Positions 28,495-37,111 of a stretch of 64,000 nt of DNA are shown here, piece by piece. Origin of the DNA: Methanobacteriota archaeon. Its GTDB lineage: Archaea > Thermoplasmatota > Poseidoniia > Poseidoniales > Poseidoniaceae. The notes beneath the pieces were generated by a model. It saw only the letters and a program-made list of their open reading frames with translations, made no database searches and was not told the origin of the DNA. Made by a program: the position numbers and the translations under genes. Numbering within the stretch: position 1 is the stretch's first letter; the number at the start of each line of letters is the position of its first letter. Location of the stretch: assembly GCA_002706065.1 (NCBI GenBank), contig PAJM01000020.1:16033-80032 (forward strand). Direction: 5' to 3'.

Positions 28495-29888
28495 GCCGAT
28501 GGTTCCGCTGGTTGTTCTTCATTGTTCATGATGATATGGTAGCGCCAGAGGTCATCTGACTCCCCTGTACCATCGAACCGGCGAACGTTCACGTTCCCAT
28601 CTTTCGGGAAACGAGTCATGAGTGCTCCTTCAATAATTCCGTCATCAAGTTCCCACATTGGTAGAACATCTGGATCTTCGCTTGGAGGGTGATCGAGCCC
28701 GACCTGTACGTGGAATACCGGATCAATTCCGTATTCAAGACGGCCAAGTCCAGCAAATTCCCACCAATCCATCATCTCATCCAGGAATTCGACGTGATTT
28801 TCGATTGTTCTGAGTGAGAAAGCAAGTTCGTGTCCAACACGGTTCCCAACTTGACGCAGCATTCGAGCCAAGTCAATGCCGAGAATCTTCAGATTTGAGA
28901 GTCGGCCTTTGGTTAACTCCTGCCGCGCTTGGTTGACTTCAGTTCCAGCAGCGAGGAAAGCGTCAGGATCGAATGGTGTGTCATGTTCTGGCAGGTCGTC
29001 CACTCCAAGTGCCCCTACCAACGAGTCCAAGAATGAACCTTCGCCGATAGTGAGTCGGAGCGGGTCATGAATTCGACCCTTTGAAAATCGTGCTTCAGCA
29101 ACTTCAAACTGAACAGCATCTTCCCAAATCGTATCGATGAGGTTCTCTTGTGCCTTTGCAAACGGTTCGCTTTCGATAACCAGGGCGGCATCTTCCTTTC
29201 CACGACCAACAGGGTTTTCTTCGATGTTGAGGAATTGAACAACGTGGGTACAATCCTGAAGGAACCCTTGGGAATCAAGGTCGTCGGAATGCTTGATTTC
29301 GATCGAATCATGCAGTTTCTGGAAGAATCGTGTTGTCCGTCGGTCCAGTTGTGCAATGACTTGGACAACAACACCTTTCTCAGCGACAGAGTTAACGGTT
29401 TCAAGCGCTTCACTGCGGCAAAGATGGAGAATTCCATATCGTCCAAGCAAGAGAACAAGTCGTTCCTCTGTATCTTCAGCCATTCGCTCAAGACGACGAT
29501 AGATGTGACTTCGTTCCTTGAGTACAGCGAAGCGAGGCTCGTCTCTCTGTCGTCGGTTTGCTTCGTAGGAAGCGTTAGCTTCGGTGATGCCTTTGGACAG
29601 TTCATTGAATCCTTCTTCTAAATTGTCGAGTTGGCGTCGACGCATCTCGATGATGTGTTGCAATGCTTCATCGACTCGAAGGCTTGAGAACAGCATTGGT
29701 CGGTCGGCAGTGGCAGTAACAATGCCCATCTCTTGCAGACGAGAGAGGCTGTTGTATGCATCAAGACGAGTGGTTTGCAACTCTTTTGCTAGTTCGCTGG
29801 CACGCATGTTTGGGTTGTTACCCAACACCATGATTGAGCGGACCTCACGTTCAGTGAGACCAGCCTCGTTGAGAAGACTATCCCACAT
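28491..29888 (-). CDS. TrmB-family transcriptional regulator with extended C-terminal (possibly V4R-like) ligand domain
   Basis: N-terminal wHTH 'LTEREVRSIMVLGNNPNMRASELAKELQTTRLDAYNSLSRLQEMGIV'. The C-terminal 'WWEFAGLGRLEYGIDPVFHVQVGLDH...LPMWELDDGIIEGAL' resembles the V4R pattern (tentative). Confidence 0.7.
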   Translation of the reverse strand: MWDSLLNEAGLTEREVRSIMVLGNNPNMRASELAKELQTTRLDAYNSLSRLQEMGIVTATADRPMLFSSLRVDEALQHIIEMRRRQLDNLEEGFNELSKGITEANASYEANRRQRDEPRFAVLKERSHIYRRLERMAEDTEERLVLLLGRYGILHLCRSEALETVNSVAEKGVVVQVIAQLDRRTTRFFQKLHDSIEIKHSDDLDSQGFLQDCTHVVQFLNIEENPVGRGKEDAALVIESEPFAKAQENLIDTIWEDAVQFEVAEARFSKGRIHDPLRLTIGEGSFLDSLVGALGVDDLPEHDTPFDPDAFLAAGTEVNQARQELTKGRLSNLKILGIDLARMLRQVGNRVGHELAFSLRTIENHVEFLDEMMDWWEFAGLGRLEYGIDPVFHVQVGLDHPPSEDPDVLPMWELDDGIIEGALMTRFPKDGNVNVRRFDGTGESDDLWRYHIIMNNEEQPAEPSA

Positions 29889-30418
29889 CAGTTGGATCCC
29901 CCAGTAACAGATGAGAGACTCTTGAGAATTCGGGCAACGTGCCTTCGTGGTCTAAACAACCAGTCGTACACATGGTGGATTCGATTGTCCGGACCTATCA
30001 AGAAGCTGGACTTTGCCGGGAAAATTCCCAAATGGACAGGTACCAAAAACTTGTCAGCAACCTCACGCTCTGGGTCGGCCAACAATGGGAATGGAAGCCC
30101 ACCGATTTCCTTCTTGAACTTAGCGTGAGATTCACTCGTACCTTCGCCGATACCAACAACTTGACATCCGGCAGAAACAAACAAATCGTGTTGTTCCTTG
30201 AAGGTCAAACATCCACGCTTGCAGGTTGGTGAGCCGTCTTTGGCGTAGAAGAAGAGAATCCTCCACGATCCATCGAGTGTTTTGCTATCAAAAACGTTGC
30301 CTGCGTCGTCAGTTAGAGCAAAATCAGGGGCGATTTCGCCGATTAAATCCTTGCTCACTTTCTTCGCCTCTGCATGTGAGAGGCGCTCCGCTGTCAAAAT
30401 GACTTCTCCCATATGCAT
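29888..30418 (-). CDS. bcp: peroxiredoxin, Bcp/PrxQ type
   Basis: 'IAPDFALTDDAGNVF', 'ILFFYAKDGSPTCKRGC' (peroxidatic Cys) and 'FPLLADPEREVADKF'. I place the start at Met25 of the track ORF, 5 nt after the ribA stop. Its stop overlaps the trmB-family ATG by 1 nt. Confidence 0.8.
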   Translation of the reverse strand: MHMGEVILTAERLSHAEAKKVSKDLIGEIAPDFALTDDAGNVFDSKTLDGSWRILFFYAKDGSPTCKRGCLTFKEQHDLFVSAGCQVVGIGEGTSESHAKFKKEIGGLPFPLLADPEREVADKFLVPVHLGIFPAKSSFLIGPDNRIHHVYDWLFRPRRHVARILKSLSSVTGGSN

Positions 30419-30423
30419 CAACC

Positions 30424-31035
30424 TCAAATTGGCAAAATGTGGCGCATCCGCATGGCTTTCGTTCGCAAATAGTCCTTGTTTTCTGAACATATTCCCGCTT
30501 TGTGTTCAACGCGAGCTGCGACGGTAATACCGTGCTTTTCGAGTTGTTCGACTTTATCTGGGTTGTTGGTCATGAGACGAACAGTGTCGTACCCGATGTC
30601 CGTGAGGATGTGGGCTGCGATTTTGTAGTCACGACCATCAGCAGGTAAGTTGAGCGCCAGGTTTGCATCGAGGGTATCGAGACCTCGGTCTTGCAAGTTG
30701 TATGCTTGCATTTTGGCGAAGAGCCCGATGCCTCGTCCTTCCTGTCGGAGGTAGAGAACAATTCCTCGTCCTTCCTTTTGGATTGTTTTCAGGGCGTGTT
30801 GGAGTTGCGGCCCGCAGTCGCACCGTAGACTTCCGAGGGCATCACCGGTGAGGCATTCGGAGTGGACGCGGACGAGCGGGGGCGTTTGGTCGTTCATGTC
30901 ACCATAGTAGATGGCTGCGTGTTCCGATCCGTCGTTCGGGTCGACATAGGAACGTATGCGGAAGTCCCCGTATTTCGTGGGGAGCTTAGCATCTGCTGGG
31001 ACGGCAGTATATTCTTGGTCAGGTTGTACCTTCAT
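30424..31035 (-). CDS. ribA: GTP cyclohydrolase II
   Basis: 'VRVHSECLTGDALGSLRCDCGPQL' (Zn Cys triad), 'LYLRQEGRGIGL' and 'RDYKIAAHILTDIGYDTVRLMTNNPDK'. I place the start at 'MKVQPDQ' (ATG 31035), supported by the TATA box at 31060. Confidence 0.85.
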   Translation of the reverse strand: MKVQPDQEYTAVPADAKLPTKYGDFRIRSYVDPNDGSEHAAIYYGDMNDQTPPLVRVHSECLTGDALGSLRCDCGPQLQHALKTIQKEGRGIVLYLRQEGRGIGLFAKMQAYNLQDRGLDTLDANLALNLPADGRDYKIAAHILTDIGYDTVRLMTNNPDKVEQLEKHGITVAARVEHKAGICSENKDYLRTKAMRMRHILPI

Positions 31036-31059
31036 GCTACACCATAACGACGTTGTAGG

Positions 31060-31065
31060 TATAAA
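31060..31065 (-). promoter_or_regulatory. TATA box (TTTATA on minus strand) for the ribA-to-crtB co-directional gene array
   Basis: Plus strand ggTATAAAgg. On the minus strand TTTATA is centred 27 nt upstream of ATG 31035, and no SD lies in between. Confidence 0.4.
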
Positions 31066-31088
31066 GGACTGTTTCTTAACATTACACA

Positions 31089-31640
31089 TTGTGCTTTTTT
31101 TCTAAACGGTTCTTCAAATACTCGGTCTCTGCAAGATATAGCGTGACTGGAAGTTTTGACGTGGGTGTGGCTGCGGCAGTAGTCTCAGAATCCCAGATTC
31201 TCTTGGTTCAGGAGGCCAAGGGCCCCTATGCAGGATGCTGGGGTCTGCCCAAAGGCTACGTTGAACCCGATGAATCCATTGAACACGCAGTTCTGCGAGA
31301 GTTGCGAGAAGAAACCAACATCAGCGGTGATATCTCCGGATTCCTCGGCCTACGAACCACCAAAACGCAACGAGGCGTTGGTCTCTTCATCTGCTACAAA
31401 ATTGAACCAACCACATTGGACATCCTTCCACAAGAAGATGAAATAGCCAACGCACAGTTTTTTTCACCTCAGGCTTTTGATCAACTTGAGTGGGTATCTG
31501 CTGCTATGCGTGGATTCGCAGAAGTTGCACTAAAGAACACTCCCCTCCCTCTCATTGACCTCAGCTCAGAATCCAATCGTCCCTACCATCTTGTATTCAG
31601 CGACGGACGTGAGACCCTCTCGGATGAGGTGGTACTGTGA
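31089..31640 (+). CDS. Nudix hydrolase
   Basis: Canonical Nudix box 'GYVEPDESIEHAVLRELREETNI'. The start is uncertain: TTG at 31089 in the track, or an in-frame GTG at 31143 giving 'VTGSFDVGVAAAV'. Its stop overlaps the photolyase GTG (GTGA). Confidence 0.7.
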   Translation: MCFFSKRFFKYSVSARYSVTGSFDVGVAAAVVSESQILLVQEAKGPYAGCWGLPKGYVEPDESIEHAVLRELREETNISGDISGFLGLRTTKTQRGVGLFICYKIEPTTLDILPQEDEIANAQFFSPQAFDQLEWVSAAMRGFAEVALKNTPLPLIDLSSESNRPYHLVFSDGRETLSDEVVL

Positions 31641-33127
31641 TCGACGTTCGCCGAATTGACGCAAACGACAAACCATTGAATCCTGACGGCACGCACGTCG
31701 TCTATTGGATGACCAGTTCACGTAGGGCACGCTGGAATCACGCACTTGATCATGCCATTGAACTTGCTAACGAACACAACGCACCACTGATCGTTGTCGA
31801 ATGCCTGGCATTGGGACATCGATGGGCGAACGATCGTATCCACACCTTCGTCCTTCAAGGCATGATGGACAATCGAAATTTGTTTGAATCAAGTGCAGTC
31901 ACGTACGTACCTTACGTTGAAACCAAAAAAGCACAGGCTGGAGGTTTGTTGAAATCGTTCTCAACAAACGCCATCGCTGTTGTCATCGACGATTTCCCAA
32001 CCTACATGCCTCGTGACGTCGCAAAACGGGCTAAGAAACTGGTTGAATGCTCCGTTCGATCCATCGACAGCAACGGTATTATTCCGTTGCGAGCCCCAGA
32101 ACGCTCTTTCTCAACAGCACACTCGTTCCGTAGATACATCCACCAAAACGTATTGAACTTCATTTCAGACCCTCCGCAATCTGAACCACTGAAGCATTTG
32201 AACGATGTACCAAATGGCAATCACATCGTCGCCCAGTGTTTCGACAGTGTTGATGTACCTCTTACGCCTTTGGAATTCATTTGGAGAGTCTCTGAAGCAT
32301 CACGAGAAGGACGAGAAGCACTTGAAGTTCTCGACATCGACCACGACGTTCCTCCTGTCGACAATCGCCGAGGGGGTTCTGTAACCGCTCGAACGGAATT
32401 GAAGAAATTTATCGAACAGAGACTCGAATCATACCATATTGATCGCAACCATCCTGAACGCCATGGGGGGAGCGGTCTTTCACCATGGCTTCACTATGGT
32501 CACATCTCCTCATACGAGGTTGTGCACGAAGTCTTGGAATCACAACGATGGAACCCAATGAAAATTACACCGCCACACAACGGCCGACGTGCTGGCTGGT
32601 GGGGCATGAGCGAAGGTGCTGAAGCCTTCCTCGACCAAGTAATCACATGGCGAGAACTTGGGTTCATCTACTGTTACGAACATCCCAGCCACACCTCGTA
32701 TCAAACGCTCCCCGAATGGGCCAAGAACACCCTTGAAGAACACTCGAACGATGAGCGTCCATACATCTATACCTTTGAGCAATTGGAAGAAGCCCAAACC
32801 CACGACCCGCTTTGGAATGCAGCACAAATGCAACTCAGAAAAGAAGGAATCATTCACAACTACCTGCGAATGCTATGGGGCAAGAAAGTCCTCGAGTGGT
32901 GCCCTGACCCAGAGACTGCTTGTGAGTGGCTCATCCAACTTAACGATCGATGGGCTCTTGATGGTCGCGATCCAAACTCCTACACAGGAATCTTCTGGAT
33001 TTTCGGTCGATTCGACCGAGGTTGGTTCGAACGATCTGTCTTCGGCAAGGTCCGGTACATGACCTCCGCTTCGACACAACGCAAGTTCAAAACTGAGGAT
33101 TATATACGAAAATACGCAGATTCCTAA
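31637..33127 (+). CDS. phr: class II CPD deoxyribodipyrimidine photolyase
   Basis: 'HDPLWNAAQMQLRKEGIIHNYLRMLWGKKVLEW', 'LNDRWALDGRDPNSYTGIFWIFGRFDRGW' and 'GKVRYMTSASTQRKF' are class II C-terminal signatures. Confidence 0.85.
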   Translation: MIDVRRIDANDKPLNPDGTHVVYWMTSSRRARWNHALDHAIELANEHNAPLIVVECLALGHRWANDRIHTFVLQGMMDNRNLFESSAVTYVPYVETKKAQAGGLLKSFSTNAIAVVIDDFPTYMPRDVAKRAKKLVECSVRSIDSNGIIPLRAPERSFSTAHSFRRYIHQNVLNFISDPPQSEPLKHLNDVPNGNHIVAQCFDSVDVPLTPLEFIWRVSEASREGREALEVLDIDHDVPPVDNRRGGSVTARTELKKFIEQRLESYHIDRNHPERHGGSGLSPWLHYGHISSYEVVHEVLESQRWNPMKITPPHNGRRAGWWGMSEGAEAFLDQVITWRELGFIYCYEHPSHTSYQTLPEWAKNTLEEHSNDERPYIYTFEQLEEAQTHDPLWNAAQMQLRKEGIIHNYLRMLWGKKVLEWCPDPETACEWLIQLNDRWALDGRDPNSYTGIFWIFGRFDRGWFERSVFGKVRYMTSASTQRKFKTEDYIRKYADS

Positions 33128-33132
33128 CAAAA

Positions 33133-34533
33133 GTGACGCGTATGCCAATCTACGAACACACTGCAACCTTCCCATTCTCACGCGAAACTGTATGGAACTG
33201 GCATGCCCGACCCGGCGCTGTGCGTCGAATCATGCCTGATTGGGAAGGAATCCGACCTGTTGAGGTGGGCGGCATTAAGGACGGCGCAGTCACATCGTTC
33301 AGAATGTCGATAGGAATTGTCCCTCAGAAGTGGGTTGCAAAACATCACAGTTATATCGAGGGTGAACAATTTTGCGATAACATGGTGAAAGGTCCTTTTG
33401 GTCGTTGGAACCACACGCACAAGTTCATCGAAGGTGGTGATACGGAAATGCAGATTGAAGATCGTATCGATTGGAAACTTCCGTTCCACTTTTTCACCCG
33501 AATCGGTGCCCCAGTTATGGTCATGCCTCGCGTACGACAGATGTTCAAACATCGTTCACGTCGAATCCTCGCAGACCTTAACCGACAACAGATGTTCAAA
33601 GAAGCACCGCGTAAGCGTATTCTCATCAGCGGTTCAACGGGCTTGATTGGAACCCAACTTGGTGCCTTCCTCGAAACGGATGGCCATGATGTTCACCGAT
33701 TGATTCGTCCAACGACACGTCTTCATGCTGACCAAGACCCTACAAAGGTTGTCAAATGGGACGATAGAACCGGTGAACTTCTCGAGGGTTCATTCGAAAA
33801 CTTTGATGTCATCATCCACTTAGCAGGGGCTGGAATTGGCGACAAGCGTTGGAGTAAGAAACGAAAGAAGCTCATTGCTGAGAGTCGCGAAATCCCGACA
33901 CGTCATCTCGCCAATACGTTGGCCAGTTTGGAGCATCCACCTTCGCTGTTCATGTGTTCTTCAGCTGTTGGATTTTACGACAATCGCGGTGACGAGGAAC
34001 TTGATGAAAACAGCAGCATCGGTGACGGATTTCTTGCAACAATCTGCAAGAAATGGGAGGATGCAACCCAACCAGCAACAGATGCTGGAATACGGACGAT
34101 TCGAATGCGAACTGGAATTGTTACGACGGCTGCAGGCGGTATGCTTCAGCAAATTCTCTTACCTGCAAAACTCGGCGCAATGGGCCCGATAGGAGGCGGA
34201 CGTCAGTGGCAATCGTGGATTTCATTGGACGATCAAATCTATGCCATCCATTACCTGATGAATCATGATGATGCGAGTGGCGTGGTCAACCTTACTGCAC
34301 CCAATCCGGTGACACAGAAACAATTTGCAAAGACGCTCGGGAAGGTTTTGCGACGGCCTGCTTTTGCTCCTGCTCCAGGCTTTGTGATGAAGATCCTCTT
34401 TGGAGAGATGGGTAAATCGCTCATTCTTGATGGGCAGAAAGTTCACCCTCAGCGATTGTTAGATTTTGGCTACAAATTTGAGCATGAAACCCTTGAATCA
34501 GCGCTTCGCGACGCTTTGGGTCGGTTCAACTAA
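33133..34533 (+). CDS. SRPBCC domain fused to TIGR01777/YfcH-type atypical SDR (epimerase-like, DUF1731)
   Basis: The N-terminal ~150 aa are START/SRPBCC-like ('WNWHARPGAVRRIMPDW'). 'ILISGSTGLIGTQLGAFL' and 'GGGRQWQSWISLDDQIYAIHYLM' follow. The track start is GTG; an alternative ATG lies at 33142. Confidence 0.75.
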   Translation: MTRMPIYEHTATFPFSRETVWNWHARPGAVRRIMPDWEGIRPVEVGGIKDGAVTSFRMSIGIVPQKWVAKHHSYIEGEQFCDNMVKGPFGRWNHTHKFIEGGDTEMQIEDRIDWKLPFHFFTRIGAPVMVMPRVRQMFKHRSRRILADLNRQQMFKEAPRKRILISGSTGLIGTQLGAFLETDGHDVHRLIRPTTRLHADQDPTKVVKWDDRTGELLEGSFENFDVIIHLAGAGIGDKRWSKKRKKLIAESREIPTRHLANTLASLEHPPSLFMCSSAVGFYDNRGDEELDENSSIGDGFLATICKKWEDATQPATDAGIRTIRMRTGIVTTAAGGMLQQILLPAKLGAMGPIGGGRQWQSWISLDDQIYAIHYLMNHDDASGVVNLTAPNPVTQKQFAKTLGKVLRRPAFAPAPGFVMKILFGEMGKSLILDGQKVHPQRLLDFGYKFEHETLESALRDALGRFN

Positions 34534-34573
34534 TCGTCGCTTTATTCTTAACCAGTATGTGTCATGGACAAAC

Positions 34574-37111
34574 ATGCTCGGGCGTAGCATTGCTATTGGC
34601 ATGTTTGCCCTGATGCTGCTTTCAATGGCCCCAGCAGTGCAAGCCGACGATTCGCAGTCCGCATCCAATCTGCTTACAGACGGCGTTTCATCGAACGGGT
34701 ATGTCTGCGATCCTGATGGGTGCTCTCCGAATGATGGGACCGATTGGTGGCGAATTAATGCATACAAGGGTGACATCGTCAGCATCACCTTCTCGGGTTC
34801 AATGAGTAATGCGGCTTGGTGGTGTCCTGGAGATGGCTGGGAAGGCGACTACTCAATGCACGATGAATCAGGTTCTCAAATCGCAACGATGGGCCGAAGC
34901 GATGACAACCCCTCGGGCACACTTTCCAAAACAATGTCACAAGCAGGCTCTGTCTATGTCAAAATCAAAGCAAAGAACTCATGGTGCAACGATGGATTTG
35001 ACTACACATTGTTGGCAGCCATCGACAAAACCGATCGAGATACCGACGAGGACGGCTTTGTGGATTCTGATGATGATTGCGATCTTATCGTTGGAACATC
35101 AACCAATGACCGTAAGGGTTGCATCGATTCGGATTCAGATGGTTGGTCCGATACCGATTCTGGGTGGGACGTCCAAAACGGAGCGGATGCGTTTGAGTCC
35201 GATTCCACACAATGGCGTGACCGAGACTTTGATGGCTACGGCGATAACATTCTCGGCAACCAGCCAGACCACTGCCCAGATAGTCGAGGATACAGTACTT
35301 CAGATCGATATGGTTGCATCGATTCGGATGGAGATTCCTACTCCGATGCAGACCCAGGAGGATTGAATGGGCTGGAGCCTTGGTTTGCCCATCCAGACGG
35401 TTTGGCAGATGCTTTTCCATTCGAAGTGACCCAATGGCAGGATACCGATGGTGACGGCTACGGTGACAACTGGGATGACCCCATGTGGAATCAATCGCAC
35501 GTTGAGTGGGGAATAGGGCAATGGCTCGATGTGGCCTACCAACCAGATGCTTGTCCATTTATTCTTGGCAATTCATTCGCAGACCGATACGGTTGTCCTG
35601 ATGCCGATGGTGATGCGTGGTCAGACCCTGGCGAAAACTGGTCCTCTGCTGAAGGTGCTGACGCATTCCCGTTTGAGCCAACACAGTGGCGAGACCGAGA
35701 TTTTGATGGGTATGGAGACAATCAATCTGAAGGAGCACGCCTCATCGATGATTTCCCAGACAACCCTACCCAATTCAGAGATACGGATGCGGACGGTTGG
35801 GGCGATAACCAAACCTATGGAGCGACTCAGGTCGATGACTTCCCGATTGTTCCAAGCCAATATCGTGATACTGATGGAGACGGTTATGGAGACAATCTCA
35901 GTGGCTTTGAAGGAGACGTTTGTGTTGATTCAAACGCCGAAGAGGTCGAAAGCGGTTGGATTTCAAGATTTGACCGACTTGGTTGCCGAGACGTTGACAA
36001 AGATGGATACTCTGACCCAAGCGACGATTGGATTTCTCATCCACAAGGATTTGCAGATGCTTTCCCGAATGATCCGTCCCAGTGGTACGATACAGACAAC
36101 GACGGATTCGGCGATAATACGGAATATTTCGATGGTCTTGCTTGGCGCCTTGCCTTTAGGGGTGATGGTTGTCGAACAACGTACGGAATGTCGACCTTTG
36201 ACCGATGGGGTTGTCCAGATTCGGATGAAGACGGCTGGTCTGATCCAACACCGTACTGGCTTGCGAGTCCGGGTGGTACGGGCGATGCATGGCCACAAGA
36301 CCCAACTCAATGGCACGATCGAGACGGTGATGGACGAGGAGACAACCCGTCTGGAACCACGGCTGATGTTTGCCCTTCACAGCCGGGGACCTCTGTAGGG
36401 CCAAGTTCAGGAGGGGATCGTTGGGGCTGTCCTGATACCGACGGTGATGGATGGTCGAATCTCGGAGATGCGTTTATTCATGAACCAACCCAATGGCGTG
36501 ATACTGACGGTGATGGATATGGAGACGAAGCGGATGGGAATGAGGCAGATGCATGTCCAACCATTCGTGGAACATCCATTCTTGATCGACTTGGCTGTCG
36601 AGATACCGACGGTGATGGATGGTCGGATCCGACCGATGATTGGGACGCCCATCCCTATGGTTTGGGTGACGCATTCCCTACCGAAGCGTTGCAGTGGAAA
36701 GACAGCGATGGAGATGGATTTGGAGATGTTCCACTTGGAGCACTTCGTGATGATTGCCCCGAGCTTTTTGGTACCTCACTTCGAGACCTGCAAGGTTGTG
36801 AAGACAACAATGGAGATGGGTGGTCCAATGAATATGGAGAATGGAATGCAGCCCTCGCAATCATGGGAGAAGATCCTGCTGCGTCATGGCTGACGTACCT
36901 CATCGTGGGAATTTCGTTCATTCTTGGGGCTTCACTCGCCCTTGTCGCCAGGATGATGCGTCCGGAAGACGAGAAGATGCTCACAGAGGAACTCTTGGGT
37001 ATGGGTGGCGCAGAAAACATTCCTGCAATTCTGCCTGACCCGAATGTCGTAGCATTGCCTGACTTGGCGATACCTCTTCCACCGCCGCCAGGAGGTGACC
37101 AGGATGCGTAA
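34574..37111 (+). CDS. secreted thrombospondin-type-3-repeat (Ca-binding) protein, type I membrane anchored
   Basis: Start moved to 'MLGRSIAIGMFALMLLSMAPAVQADD' (signal peptide); the track start would overlap the previous gene. About 18 DxDxDGxxD loops alternate between 'QW(R/Y/H)DxDxDG(Y/F)GDN' and 'GCxDxDxDGWSDP' types. TM 'LTYLIVGISFILGASLALVA' is followed by RMMR and a Pro-rich tail. Confidence 0.75.
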   Translation: MLGRSIAIGMFALMLLSMAPAVQADDSQSASNLLTDGVSSNGYVCDPDGCSPNDGTDWWRINAYKGDIVSITFSGSMSNAAWWCPGDGWEGDYSMHDESGSQIATMGRSDDNPSGTLSKTMSQAGSVYVKIKAKNSWCNDGFDYTLLAAIDKTDRDTDEDGFVDSDDDCDLIVGTSTNDRKGCIDSDSDGWSDTDSGWDVQNGADAFESDSTQWRDRDFDGYGDNILGNQPDHCPDSRGYSTSDRYGCIDSDGDSYSDADPGGLNGLEPWFAHPDGLADAFPFEVTQWQDTDGDGYGDNWDDPMWNQSHVEWGIGQWLDVAYQPDACPFILGNSFADRYGCPDADGDAWSDPGENWSSAEGADAFPFEPTQWRDRDFDGYGDNQSEGARLIDDFPDNPTQFRDTDADGWGDNQTYGATQVDDFPIVPSQYRDTDGDGYGDNLSGFEGDVCVDSNAEEVESGWISRFDRLGCRDVDKDGYSDPSDDWISHPQGFADAFPNDPSQWYDTDNDGFGDNTEYFDGLAWRLAFRGDGCRTTYGMSTFDRWGCPDSDEDGWSDPTPYWLASPGGTGDAWPQDPTQWHDRDGDGRGDNPSGTTADVCPSQPGTSVGPSSGGDRWGCPDTDGDGWSNLGDAFIHEPTQWRDTDGDGYGDEADGNEADACPTIRGTSILDRLGCRDTDGDGWSDPTDDWDAHPYGLGDAFPTEALQWKDSDGDGFGDVPLGALRDDCPELFGTSLRDLQGCEDNNGDGWSNEYGEWNAALAIMGEDPAASWLTYLIVGISFILGASLALVARMMRPEDEKMLTEELLGMGGAENIPAILPDPNVVALPDLAIPLPPPPGGDQDA

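Noticed and set aside
22664-34533. I looked for lycopene cyclase, carotenoid oxygenase (blh/brp) or a rhodopsin gene that would complete a retinal pathway in the photoprotection cluster.
   Set aside because: None of the ORFs shows a 7-TM opsin with the retinal-binding Lys motif, CrtY/heterodimeric cyclase motifs, or Blh-like His clusters. These functions, if present, are encoded elsewhere.
35529-36398. 289-aa alternative-frame ORF, plus several 60-185-aa ORFs on both strands, inside the TSP3-repeat gene 34574-37111.
   Set aside because: Their products are low-complexity (Met/Thr/Ile/Arg-rich) and have no start context. They arise because GAY/GGN-rich repetitive coding sequence is depleted in stop codons in other frames. 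The main frame has a signal peptide, repeats and a TM.
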